A stretch of DNA of 64,000 bases from an uncultured Solirubrobacterales bacterium (GTDB lineage Bacteria; Actinomycetota; Thermoleophilia; Solirubrobacterales; Solirubrobacteraceae). This document shows, one piece after another, positions 20,701 to 29,428 of this stretch. The notes beneath the pieces were generated by a model, which saw nothing but the letters and a program-made list of their open reading frames with translations, was not told where the DNA came from and made no database searches. Within the stretch, counting starts at the first letter, position 1, and every line of letters begins with the position of its first letter. The stretch is taken from NCBI GenBank assembly GCA_963748585.1, contig CAVVJR010000002.1:8468-72467 (forward strand). Reading direction: 5' to 3'. Both the position numbers and the translations under genes were made by a program.

Positions 20701-22282
20701 CACCAAAATCCTCTACGGTGCCGCTCCGCCGATTGCGTATGTGCCTGACGACCGGCCGCTCTCAGGCGCGATGCATGAGATCGGGCACGAACTCGGGCTT
20801 AAGCACGCCGATACAGGCTCCGGGCCGGACGCTACCGGCCCGCACCCGGACGGCACGCCTGACTGCACAGGAAACTCGGGCGGCCAGGTCGGGGAGGCAT
20901 GGCCGCCCGACGACGAAGGCCGGATCCAGGGCATCGGATTCGACCTACGAAGCTGGTCGGCGCGGATCCTCGTGGATCACCACCCCAAGCTCGCCAGCAG
21001 GTACTACGACTTCATGTCGTACTGCCCGGGCCCGCGCTTGGACACCATCCCCCAGGCGGAGGCTGACCACTGGATCTCGGTGCGTAACTGGAACCGCCTG
21101 ATCGCCTTCCATCCACCCGTCCAGGGCCTTCCCGTGGCCAAGGACGCCCGTTCCGCGGGTACGCGGGCCGGCGGCGAGGCGACGCTGCGCGTGATCGCCA
21201 CCGTGGACTACGGCGGTAAGGCATCGATCTTCGATGTCGCGCCGGGGCGGACGCTCGCCAGCCCGACCGCGGGCAGCCCGTACCTCGTCGAGCTGCGCAA
21301 CGCCGCCGGTGCCACGCTCGCCAGCGCAATCCCCGCGACCACCACCCTTCACAACGACGGGCACCGGCCGGGGCTGCTGCTCGAGGCCACGCTGCCGTTC
21401 GCCCCATCCGCCACCGCGCTGGTGGTGAGCGCAGGCGGCGTCGAACTCGCCCGGCGTACCCGCAGCACCCATGCGCCGACCGCCGCGATCGTCAGCCCGC
21501 GACCGAGAACGCGCATCGGGCGAGGTCCCCGAACGCTTGTGCGTTGGCAAGCGAACGACAGCGATGGCGACCGCCTGACCACGACGGTCGACTACTCGGC
21601 CGACGGAGGACGTCACTGGAAAGTCGTGGGAAGCAGCGCGAGCGCTAGCTCGGCACGCGTGCCGAACCAACTGCTCAGCGCTTCCCGCAACGCACGGTTC
21701 CGAGTCCGGGTCAGCGACGGGTTCGACGTCGCTACCGCGATCTCGGGGGTACTGCGCGCCGCCGGTGCCCGTCCAGTCGTCCACATCATCGGTGGCGCCC
21801 CTCGCGGCCGGATGCGCGCGGACGCGATGCTGCTTCTGCGCGGGGCGGCCTTCGATGACGCCGGCAACCGGATCGCCGGTCGCAGCCTGCGCTGGTACGC
21901 CGGCCGACGGCTCTTGGGCCGCGGCACACTTCTCACGGTGCCAGGCTTGGCAGCCGGAACCACAGCGATCCGGCTCGTGGCCACTGACCGCCACGGCCGC
22001 TCCTCGCAGGCACGACTGCCTATACGCGTGCTCGCCGTCCCGCCGGCGTTCCTCGTCGCCCGCGCCCCGGGGCACGTCTCGCCCGGTGCACGCCGTGTAC
22101 GAGTTGTCGTCGCCTCAACGGTCCCGGCAACGCTCAGGATCGCCGGCAAGCGCTACGCGGTCAACCGGAAGCCACGGGTAATCACCATCCCAATCCGGCG
22201 CGGGCGCTCGATCCTGCGCCTCGCCTATACGCTTAGGGCGCGCGGCGGAGCCACCCGCGGGACTTACCTCGCCGCACGCTGA
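17708..22282 (+). CDS. large secreted mosaic protein: Vgb-like beta-propeller, duplicated InlB-B-like/Ig-like modules, metzincin metallopeptidase domain, C-terminal Ig-like domains
   Basis: Signal peptide; repeats PYGIASGPDGNVWFT; GSGSGTVTSTPAGITCG...GSTFAGWSGGGC twice; HEIGHELGLKH plus YDFMSY. Confidence 0.85.
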   Translation: MRRPPKPWAPGWLLSRAVLWMLAASVVLAEVGAPSARADVGAITEYPIPGLATPYGIASGPDGNVWFTDSGNAGGGSKVGHMTTGGVITASDVVSLPGTPNQNGLATGIAPGPDGNLWLGHRGAVDKVPTTVTLSSQITEYPFSGGVQDLLAGPDNRMWLTSGSELSAQIGAMTTDGTATTYPNASWMQGTFGITIGPDGNLWVGLGNAIGVLNTSGAVVHTYPMPSANDGNMRSLVLGPDGNVWFTLANTAAGPGGVGKITPTGTVTIFTHCRHQPQDTGASPSASPSAPTTESGMPTRQRDWIGAFSTSATSAADVTTYPTNHSNTGLLWITRGSDGRMWFNEFNRNALGAITTGGSPPPQTFNVSVSKPGSGSGTVTSTPAGITCGSTCSADFTSGTSVTVTAAAGTGSTFAGWSGGGCSGSGSCTFTVNADTAITATFDAAPGPPSAAITTPPDGASYSFGANANASYSCSAGANGGVLKTGAAGCSGPVPNGSPIDTATAGAHTFTVTATDTDGQTASATSHYTVQSPAPVTHTLSVTKSGGGSGAVSSSPAGIDCGGTCSHAYDDGTSVTLSATPAAGSTFAGWSGGGCTGSGGCTVTISADRTVSATFDQTGGSVTPPGPPSAAITTPADGASYPFAATVNASYSCSAGANGGVLKPGADGCSGSVPNGSPIDTLTFGTHTFTVTATDTDGQTTTKTAQYTLTYDTPGPPAHFPTPVRPQGPLRTIVLSPRVDIRVTGIDVTQGVQDLSCNCVGTLPERPDPSSKTPGRATYAGVTMAAGKYTVVRVFAHASNLSDPAASGLSGATATLRIFDSHEREISPPLSPNISPATLSPPDCAACVRASERANARAAFTFFVPWDDTYHRSLSFRATVSPGVGFGAAVQCSGCHANVFTLTGVPFVTTAEVPIYPVPLTLGGVKTSATVDQVFDSAAIVLPVNLEIHPYDAPLAVDGLPSVSAALAKRASDDSLDGSQAVVGVAPESFGFGGSTDTTKILYGAAPPIAYVPDDRPLSGAMHEIGHELGLKHADTGSGPDATGPHPDGTPDCTGNSGGQVGEAWPPDDEGRIQGIGFDLRSWSARILVDHHPKLASRYYDFMSYCPGPRLDTIPQAEADHWISVRNWNRLIAFHPPVQGLPVAKDARSAGTRAGGEATLRVIATVDYGGKASIFDVAPGRTLASPTAGSPYLVELRNAAGATLASAIPATTTLHNDGHRPGLLLEATLPFAPSATALVVSAGGVELARRTRSTHAPTAAIVSPRPRTRIGRGPRTLVRWQANDSDGDRLTTTVDYSADGGRHWKVVGSSASASSARVPNQLLSASRNARFRVRVSDGFDVATAISGVLRAAGARPVVHIIGGAPRGRMRADAMLLLRGAAFDDAGNRIAGRSLRWYAGRRLLGRGTLLTVPGLAAGTTAIRLVATDRHGRSSQARLPIRVLAVPPAFLVARAPGHVSPGARRVRVVVASTVPATLRIAGKRYAVNRKPRVITIPIRRGRSILRLAYTLRARGGATRGTYLAAR

Positions 22283-22504
22283 GCAAGTGCCTCTTCCGCG
22301 ACATGAGCACTCCGGCGCGGGCATCCGAACGGGCCCTCCAACCAGGTCCGAATGGGCCATGTACATAGCCTCTGCCTCAGCGTAGCTTACGAGGCGTATC
22401 TCCCGAACGAGGTAACGACCGATGCCGTTCTTGAGCTTCTCCTAGGCGGCGCACGAGTCGCACAAGCAAAGCGTAAACGCTGTTCCAATGGAAGACGGTC
22501 AGTA

Positions 22505-23062
22505 ATGGATACTTCTTTGACACGGGTGTTGGGGTCGGCTGACGGTAAAGTCGGTTTTCTCGGAAGTATCGGCGTGCGGTTCATGCTTAACGGTGATGCG
22601 ACCGGCGGCGGGTTCTCGCTCGTTGAGCACCCGATGTCGGCGCGGGCCCTGGCCGCTCCGCTGCATCGTCATCATCGAGAGGACGAGTACAGCTACGTGA
22701 TCGAGGGGCGGATGGGCGCGCTCCTCGGCGAGGACGTGCTGATTGCTAACCCCGGCGATCTGGTGACAAAGCCTCGCGGCGAGTGGCATACCTTCTGGAA
22801 CGCCGGCGATGATGTGTGCCGGATCCTCGAGATCATCGCCCCGGCTGGATTCGAGCGCTTTTTTGACGAGCTTGTTGACCTTGGCGGCGTCGCGCAGACC
22901 GACGCAACCGTCCTTGGAGAGCTATGTGGCCGCTACGAGCTGGAGATGGACGCCGCCAGCGTTCCCGCCCTGATCGAGCGCTTCGGTCTGCGATTCCCAG
23001 CAGAGCCGGCCCGGCAGCCTGGCGCCCTGGCGCCTGACCTGCGCCTCGGCGCGACAGCATGA
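22505..23062 (+). CDS. cupin domain protein
   Basis: APLHRHHREDEYSYVIEG...PRGEWHTFWN. Confidence 0.88.
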   Translation: MDTSLTRVLGSADGKVGFLGSIGVRFMLNGDATGGGFSLVEHPMSARALAAPLHRHHREDEYSYVIEGRMGALLGEDVLIANPGDLVTKPRGEWHTFWNAGDDVCRILEIIAPAGFERFFDELVDLGGVAQTDATVLGELCGRYELEMDAASVPALIERFGLRFPAEPARQPGALAPDLRLGATA

Positions 23063-23293
23063 CCCCTTCCCGCCGCGTTCGTGCGCGGCGTGCTCTCGAA
23101 GCGTGTTTCGGGGCTACGGTGCTGGGGCTCGTGGCCGCGCCGGCGGCGCTGGCTGTTGCGACGACGTTCACGTACACCGGCTATCGGTGGACGCGCCCTC
23201 ACGCCCGGCCACTACCGGGCAACCTTTATCGCCACCGCGGCCGGCAAGAGCTCCCCGCCCCAGACGTTGACCTTCACCATCGTGCTTCGCTGA
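23059..23293 (+). pseudogene. internally deleted secreted-protein remnant (signal peptide joined out of frame to a C-terminal tail)
   Basis: ...LGLVAAPAALAVATTFTYTG, then in another frame IGGRALTPGHYRATFIATAAGKSSPPQTLTFTIVLR. Confidence 0.5.
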
Positions 23294-23384
23294 AGCTCGG
23301 GCGCGTGCTCTAACAGCTCGCTCGTCCGTCACATCGTGGACCTCGCCGCCGCGATGACCTATTTCTCCAAGGAGAGGATCAACC

Positions 23385-23837
23385 GTGATCACGCACAGCA
23401 TCGATATCAATCGCCCCGCCGACGAGGTGTTCGCCTACCTCGATCAGCTGGACCGCAGAAGCGAGTGGCAGAGCTCTCTGGTGAGCGCGAAGGTGGTGAC
23501 AGACGCCCCGACGCGCGTCGGTACGCGCGTGGTGGAAAGACGCAATGTTCCTGGCGGACCGCGAGACATTCCTTACGAGATCACCGTGCACGAGCCACCA
23601 CACAGGACCTCGTTCCACGGCACCGCCGGCCCGGTTCGCCCCGCGGGCACGGTCACCGTGGAACCAGTCGGGCAGTCGAGCTCCCGCATGACACTCGAGC
23701 TAGAGCTTGAAGGCCACGGGATCGGCAAACTGTTCGCGATCTTCGCTCGACGCCAGGCCGCCAAGGAGACACCCGAAAGCCACGAGAAGTTCAAAAAGTT
23801 GCTCGAGACCGGCGCCGCAACGAAAGGGCTGAACTGA
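23385..23837 (+). CDS. SRPBCC (START-like) family protein
   Basis: [25 protein letters not shown]; AAGGAG RBS upstream. Confidence 0.88.
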   Translation: MITHSIDINRPADEVFAYLDQLDRRSEWQSSLVSAKVVTDAPTRVGTRVVERRNVPGGPRDIPYEITVHEPPHRTSFHGTAGPVRPAGTVTVEPVGQSSSRMTLELELEGHGIGKLFAIFARRQAAKETPESHEKFKKLLETGAATKGLN

Positions 23838-23926
23838 TGCGCCGCCGGACTCGAATTTGGTGCCGGGACTCCGACCAGCGACCGCAGCGGCGCGAACGCC
23901 CACCGAAATCCAAGCAGGAGACCGGC

Positions 23927-24574
23927 ATGACCCGATTGATGACAGCCCGCAGCGCGCCGATGATGGTGCTTGGCATCGTGGCGGTCATTCTCGCCGCCGG
24001 AGGTGGCGCGTACGCCGCCGCGAGCGGTGGCGGCACGATCACCGCATGCGTTCACCACAGCGGCGGTGGGCTCTACCGCGCTCACAGGTGCGCCCGACAC
24101 GACGGTACGCTCAGTTGGAGCGTCGGCGGCCCCGTGGGGTCGACCGGCCAGACCGGCCAGACCGGCCAGACCGGCCAGACCGGTTCGACCGGTGCGACCG
24201 GTGCGAGGGGCACTACGGGCACGAGTGGCCCGCAAGGACCGGAAGGTGCACAGGGCCCCAAGGGCGACGCCGGCTCCGCTGGCCCGCGAGGTCTCACGGG
24301 TGCGAGCGGAGCGACACACCTGACCACACGAACCTACGCCGTGCACATCGGCGCGAACAATGGTGGCGGCTCGTATGCCAACTGCAACAGCGGCGAGGTC
24401 GCTACCGGCGGGGGAGTGGATCTTAACGGCGGCGTCAACGGGTACGGGATCACCGTCTCGGGGTCGCGGCCGTACCCAACCAGCGGCACACCTACCGCCT
24501 GGTACGCCACGATGAACAACCAGACAACAACCGACGGAACCGTGAACATCTACGTGATCTGCGCCGCCCCATGA
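23927..24574 (+). CDS. secreted collagen-like (Gly-X-Y) protein
   Basis: AGGAG RBS, signal peptide, GTITACV domain, about 20 GXY triplets, C-terminal [13 protein letters not shown]...VICA. Confidence 0.85.
   Translation: MTRLMTARSAPMMVLGIVAVILAAGGGAYAAASGGGTITACVHHSGGGLYRAHRCARHDGTLSWSVGGPVGSTGQTGQTGQTGQTGSTGATGARGTTGTSGPQGPEGAQGPKGDAGSAGPRGLTGASGATHLTTRTYAVHIGANNGGGSYANCNSGEVATGGGVDLNGGVNGYGITVSGSRPYPTSGTPTAWYATMNNQTTTDGTVNIYVICAAP
24142..24183 (+). repeat. 9-bp coding tandem repeat (gaccggcca) within the collagen region
   Basis: Four or more consecutive copies encoding TGQ. Confidence 0.8.
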
Positions 24575-25046
24575 AGCCGCACTTTGTCCGCTCAATCAAG
24601 ACCGCGACGTTGGATGCGTCGCAGATCACCATCAAAGGCGGCGGCATGAGCCGATCCCGTCAGAGCCCGAAGGTTCCGATGACGGCGCTAAGAATCATCG
24701 CGTCCGAAGGTGGCGCGTAGCCGCCACCCCGACGCACAGCGCGCTTCACCACAGGTGGGGCAGTCCCTGCGCGCCACCGGCCCGCCGTCAAAAACCATAA
24801 ACGTCAAAAACCAATAACCCCTTTCTCTCGCCTCGTGGCGCCGGAAGTGCCGGCTGTGGCATTCAGCCCTCGAGCTGAGGCTTCTGGCCACATGGCCGGC
24901 CGCTTCGACACTGGTGGGCGCCGGTCGCGACAAACATTGCGTCGCGGATCCCATGACCCGGGCGGTGCGAGTGAGAAGCACCACGCCGAGCTCGCCTCGT
25001 CCGTCCGTGGCAGGCGTTGAGGCCGACGACTGTCACGCGTCGCCGC

Positions 25047-25240
25047 CTAGTTTGTTAGGAACCGGAAGGTCGTTCAGCTCGTTGCGGCGAGCGATGGGTG
25101 GCTTGTAGCTGAGGGCGCCGTGGGTCGTCGGACCGGCTTACCAGTCGAGCCGGTCGGCGGGGAGTCTTCGCGTTCGGTGCTGGTGCGGTCGATCGCGCCG
25201 CGGGCCCAGCACGGCCGAGGAGGGTGCGGATCAACCGTTC
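25047..25240 (-). mobile_element. degenerate IS481-family transposase 3' fragment
   Basis: Reverse strand with indels reads ERLIRTLLG-WARGAIDRTSTER...RLDW*...HGALSYKPPIARRNELN, matching IS481 C-termini (AERFIRTL..GWAYG..Y...W...YN.RRPH.AL..KPPI.R). Confidence 0.7.
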
Positions 25241-25545
25241 GATTCTCCTATGTCAAGAAATTTGTACTGGGACGCAATCCAGCCTCCGCCAGTGGCTAGC
25301 CCCGGAGGAGCCCGATTGCTGCTAACACGCGCCTGACTTTCTGTCGCCCGGACTCCACCGCGATCTGGCGAGGCTGTGTCTCAGAAGTAGTTCGCGAATT
25401 ACCCGGAGGGAAATCGGGTGAGCCGAGGCGTGGTTGCGCGACGTGCCAAGTCGCCGCACTGGCAAGGCGCTAAGCGACCGACGGCTCAGGAAGCTCGCTT
25501 GGCGAGCGATTCCGCCGGTTCGTGTCGCTGGTACCGGGGTGCTGG

Positions 25546-25585
25546 CCGTGACAGCTGATCAGCCTCCGTGACAGCTGATCAGCCT
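25546..25585. repeat. exact 20-bp tandem duplication
   Basis: ccgtgacagctgatcagcct twice, overlapping the stop of the 25579..26130 gene. Confidence 0.85.
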
Positions 25586-26130
25586 AGGTGGCTCATAGAC
25601 GGGTCTTGCGCTGGCGCGGGCGGTCGGTGCTGGCGGGGCAAGCGCCGGAGGACCGTTGAGAGGAACACGGTCAGTGTTGCGACCAGCAGGCCGACGAGCC
25701 AGCCGGGGGCGCCCAGAGCGCCCAGGATGGCTCCGACTATCAGCCCGGCGATGATGATGCCGATCACCCCCACGGATACCGTTTCGCCGATCACTAGGCG
25801 TCCTCGTCGTGACGCGCGGCTTTGCTGCGAGGTGCTCTGGTGGAGGGGTTCGCCGGTCTTCGCGCCGCGTCCTCGACCGTTTCCTTCCCGCGCGAGGGCT
25901 CGTTGGTGCCGGCGCTCGTCGCGCTCTGTCGCGGTGGAACCACCCTCGCGCTCGGTGGCGGTGGAGTCACCTGCCGGGTTGGCTTGACCTGGCGGGGGGG
26001 AGGCGTTTGCGGGGCCGGGCTCGGTATCGGTCGCGGGTCGTGACCCGTTGCTCACCACCCCCCTGACCGGGCCGGGAATCTCTCCTTGCGCGGCCGAGCG
26101 GGCTGGCCTGCTGCGCTTCTTGGGGAGCAT
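25579..26130 (-). CDS. hypothetical membrane protein (disordered N-terminus, two C-terminal TMs)
   Basis: GVIGIIIAGLIVGAILGALGAPGWLVGLLVATLTVFLS; GAGGAGG RBS upstream. Confidence 0.65.
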   Translation of the reverse strand: MLPKKRSRPARSAAQGEIPGPVRGVVSNGSRPATDTEPGPANASPPPGQANPAGDSTATEREGGSTATERDERRHQRALAREGNGRGRGAKTGEPLHQSTSQQSRASRRGRLVIGETVSVGVIGIIIAGLIVGAILGALGAPGWLVGLLVATLTVFLSTVLRRLPRQHRPPAPAQDPSMSHLG

Positions 26131-26411
26131 TGGGGAGGACCTCCTCGGGCGGCGTGAGGGGATCTTCAGTTCCTCTCACAAGATAGATGACTATCTTAGC
26201 ATGAAATTAGAGTCGTGAAACATGAGACTACTGAGTGTGGGCTGACGGGACCGGGCTCTTCCACGCCCCAAGTGGCCATGGGCCGCCGCAGATCGCCGGG
26301 CGGATAGCCGCCTTCGGCCTGGCGATCCTCGGCACTGAGGCCGACCCTTCCTGCGCGACCCGGGCGACCCGCCAGCTGTCGGGCATCATCCCGTGCCGCG
26401 CCGACCCGCGC

Positions 26412-27210
26412 TCACCATTTCATGCGCGGATCCAGGTACAGGTCGTAAAGCTGCACCTCGGAACCGGAGCCGGAGTGGGCGCCGGCGTTGGGCCCGCGCC
26501 CGACCAGCTCGATGCGCATCAGGTGCCAACCGGGCGTGTGCGGGGGATGAAGGTTGATCCGGTTGGTCAATGTCCACCCGGCGTGTTTCCCATGCCGCAG
26601 GCCCGAGCTCTGCGGAGATGTCCAGGTCCGGGTCCCGGCCAGGGACATCGAGAACGCCACCCCGCCGTGGCCGCGCACGTCGCGCAGCATGGTCCGGGCG
26701 AACGGATAGTCGGAGGCCACACAGACGGTCGGACTCACGGCCTGCGCGCCCGCGGGCAGGTCGAGCACGGTGCCGGTGGAGCCGTCCGCCAGCGTGGCGG
26801 AGACGATCTTGGCCCCGCGCGACAATGTCCAACCGGCGCCGCTGAACTGGCCGGGCGTCAGCCCCGACATGAGCGTGTACCAGTGGTGGTCGCCGACGGA
26901 CAGGAACGGCTGGGTCAAGGTCGGAGCCGTGCAGGAGGACGCACCGTTCGTGGAGCCGGAAGCCTCTGACTTACCCGATGCCGCCTGGCTCGACTGCTGA
27001 ACCGCTGGCGAAACCGGGTCGGGGAGGACGCACGGTTGTCGGCTTCCCGTCGGCCGCCGGCGTCCCGTCGGGCGCAGCGGCCCGCGCAGGCGCTCCCGCC
27101 GCCAGGGTCGTCAGAACGACCGCCAGCGCCGCGGCAGATCCCCGCAACGGACGCCGGACATGCGGGCCATTCGGCCGTGCGTGTCCAATCGACCAAGTCA
27201 TTTCAGGCAA
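26412..27210 (-). CDS. secreted hypothetical protein, one frameshift near 27000
   Basis: Signal peptide AAALAVVLTTLAAGAPARA; then SCTAPTLTQPFLSVGDHHWY...LDLPAGAQAVSPTVCV...QLYDLYLDPRMK; GGAGG RBS. Confidence 0.7.
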
Positions 27211-27244
27211 CCTCCGTGTCGCAAAGCCGTTACCGATGCATCCA

Positions 27245-27322
27245 ACTGGCGGCCGGGCGGTCTCGCTGAAGCGAGATCCCTGGCTTTGCGTCCCCGCCTC
27301 GCGACGAGTTTGCCTTTGACAG
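27245..27322 (-). ncRNA. c-di-GMP-I (GEMM) riboswitch
   Basis: Reverse strand AAAGGCAAACTCGTC-GCGA-GGCGGGGACGCAAAGCCAGGGATCTCGCTTCAGCGAGACCGCCCGGCCGCCA: conserved GGCAAAC, GNRA loop, GGGACGCAAAGCC and paired P3; located in the 5' leader of the 27210 gene. Confidence 0.9.
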
Positions 27323-27413
27323 CGGCACTGCTCTCAGCCCATCGGCAACGTTGCCACCGGCGGCGAGCGCAATTGGACGGTCATACGAGACCGCTATGTA
27401 CGGCTCCTGACAA

Positions 27414-27537
27414 GGCACCTAACCCGCCGCCCGGACCGCGGCACCTAACCCGCGACCCGCGACCGCGAACCTAACCTGCCAGCCGGACCACGGCACCTAC
27501 CGCCGCGGACCACGGCACCTGATCCGCCACCCGGATC
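27414..27537. repeat. five imperfect 22-27 bp tandem repeats
   Basis: Units start with ggcaccta/gaaccta/ggcacctg at 27414, 27440, 27467, 27492 and 27514; the first four end in gaccRc. Confidence 0.7.
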
Positions 27538-27941
27538 GAGCCCGACCCGCTGCTACCGGACCGGAGTGACGTCCGCGCGGTGGCGGAACCTTTCCGCCAC
27601 CGCGCGAGCCCCGTTCGTCACTTGCGGGTGCCCCGGCCCGCGCTGCCCCCTGTTAGTGCCCCTTTGCCCCCTGTTGCTGCCCCCTGTGCCTCAGACGCGC
27701 GAGCCCCCCACGTCGCGGTTCGCGCGCCCGCCCTTGTCCAGGACGTCTCAGCCCCCGTCTTCAAGCCGTCCCGCTGTGCCAACCGGCGTTTCATCATCAC
27801 CTGCCGATAAGAGTCGATTTCGCTGGCGGCAGGATTGCCCCGCGCCGGCACCCGCCCCGGCACCCGCGCCGGCGGCAGTGGCGGACGAGATGATGTTGAC
27901 GATGATCACGGTGCTGTGCCCCTGGTCGGAAGCGCGTCGGG

Positions 27942-28133
27942 TCAGTGGGCGAGGCGGGCCGCCAGCCGGCGCATCATCGACGGCCGCGGCAGCGTGAGCG
28001 TCTGCGGGCGCTGGACGGTGTCGGCCCGGCGGCTGGCACGGCGCACCTCTGCGCGGTGAGCGTCGATGGCGGCCGAGCGGTACAGGTCGTCGATATGAGA
28101 CTGAACCATCTTGTGATTAAACGCGGGGTGCAT
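27942..28133 (-). CDS. small hypothetical protein
   Basis: GAGGAG RBS; MHPAFNHKMVQSHIDDLYRSAA. Confidence 0.6.
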   Translation of the reverse strand: MHPAFNHKMVQSHIDDLYRSAAIDAHRAEVRRASRRADTVQRPQTLTLPRPSMMRRLAARLAH

Positions 28134-28344
28134 GTCACTCCTCGGCGGTTGTGGGATTTGTCCCCGACCTCGAATGTCCAACTTCCAGCACAGCGACAGA
28201 GTCGCACCAGGGCGGTCGGTTGTCGGTGTAGCGGGCAGGCGTCTCGGAGTGCGGATCGCCATCGACTCGAGGTACGGATAACCGAACCTCCCGCCGCGCG
28301 TTATCCCCCCGGTACCTCGTATCCGCCGCTGCCATGCTTGTCCC

Positions 28345-28710
28345 GTGGCGCCGGGATATCACAGAGTCCTCATCGTCGACGACCACGCGGCCTTCCGCGC
28401 AAGCGCCCGCTTGCTGCTGGAATCGGAGGGCTTCGAGGTGGTCGGCGAGGCGGCCGACGGCGAGTCGGCGATCGAGCAGACCGCCGCCCTGGAGCCGGAG
28501 GTGATCCTCCTCGACGTCCAGCTGCCGGGGATCAGCGGGTTCGAGGTGACGACTCGCTTGACCGGCACCGACGGCGCGCCGGCGGTAATCCTCGTGTCCA
28601 GCCGGGACGGCGTCGACTTCGGCCCGCTGATCGCCGGTTGCGGAGCCCGCGGCTTCGTTGCCAAGGCCGAGCTGTCCGGCGACCGCCTGCGCACGTTGCT
28701 CGATGCATGA
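28345..28710 (+). CDS. single-domain response regulator (REC only)
   Basis: VLIVDDHAAFR, VILLDVQLPG, GARGFVAK. Confidence 0.9.
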   Translation: MAPGYHRVLIVDDHAAFRASARLLLESEGFEVVGEAADGESAIEQTAALEPEVILLDVQLPGISGFEVTTRLTGTDGAPAVILVSSRDGVDFGPLIAGCGARGFVAKAELSGDRLRTLLDA

Positions 28711-28750
28711 GGCACATCGGTCGCCGGTGACCTAGGCTTCCGTCGCGAGA

Positions 28751-29407
28751 ATGAACGTCCCGCTGCGCGTGCTCGTCGCCGACGATTCCGTCCTGATGCG
28801 CGAAGGCCTGGTCCGCCTGCTCCAGGAAAGCGGATGCGAGGTCGTTGGCCAGGCCGGAGATGCGGACGATCTGCTCCGCAAGGCCCGCGCGCACAAGCCC
28901 GAGGTGGCGATCATCGACGTCCGCATGCCGCCCGACAACAGCGATGACGGCCTCCGGGCCGCGCTGAAGATCCGCAGCGAGCAGCCTGAAACGGCGGTGC
29001 TGGTTCTCTCGCAGTACATCGAGGAGCAGTACGCGATCGAGCTGATCGGCGAAGCGCATGAGGGCGTCGGCTACCTGCTCAAGGAGCGGATCACCGACGT
29101 CAACACGCTGCTCGACGCGGTCCACCGCGTGGCCGGCCGAGGCTCGGTGATCGATCCCCAGGTGGTGAGCCAGCTGCTCCGGCGTCGCCGCCAGGCCGAT
29201 CCCCTGGTCGACCTGAGCGACCGCGAGCGCGAAGTGCTCGAGCTGATGGCCGAGGGACGCTCGAACCACGCCATCGCTGCGCGGCTCGTCATCAGCGAGC
29301 GGGCGGTGGAGAAGCACGTGACGAGCATCTTCGGCAAGCTCGGCCTGCCGCCGGCCGAGGACAACCACCGCCGCGTGCTCGCCGTGCTCACGTTCCTGCG
29401 AGCCTGA
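28751..29407 (+). CDS. NarL/LuxR-family response regulator
   Basis: VLVADDSVLMREG, IIDVRMPP, GYLLKERI, LSDREREVLELMAEGRSN. Confidence 0.95.
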   Translation: MNVPLRVLVADDSVLMREGLVRLLQESGCEVVGQAGDADDLLRKARAHKPEVAIIDVRMPPDNSDDGLRAALKIRSEQPETAVLVLSQYIEEQYAIELIGEAHEGVGYLLKERITDVNTLLDAVHRVAGRGSVIDPQVVSQLLRRRRQADPLVDLSDREREVLELMAEGRSNHAIAARLVISERAVEKHVTSIFGKLGLPPAEDNHRRVLAVLTFLRA

Positions 29408-29428
29408 TCGCCAGAGGAGCACCGCCAA

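Noticed and set aside
23927-24574. Phage tail fibre or prophage
   Set aside because: It has a signal peptide, and no phage structural, replication or integrase genes are nearby
27414-27537. Possible CRISPR array
   Set aside because: Units are 22-27 bp in total with no repeat/unique-spacer structure, and there are no cas genes in the window
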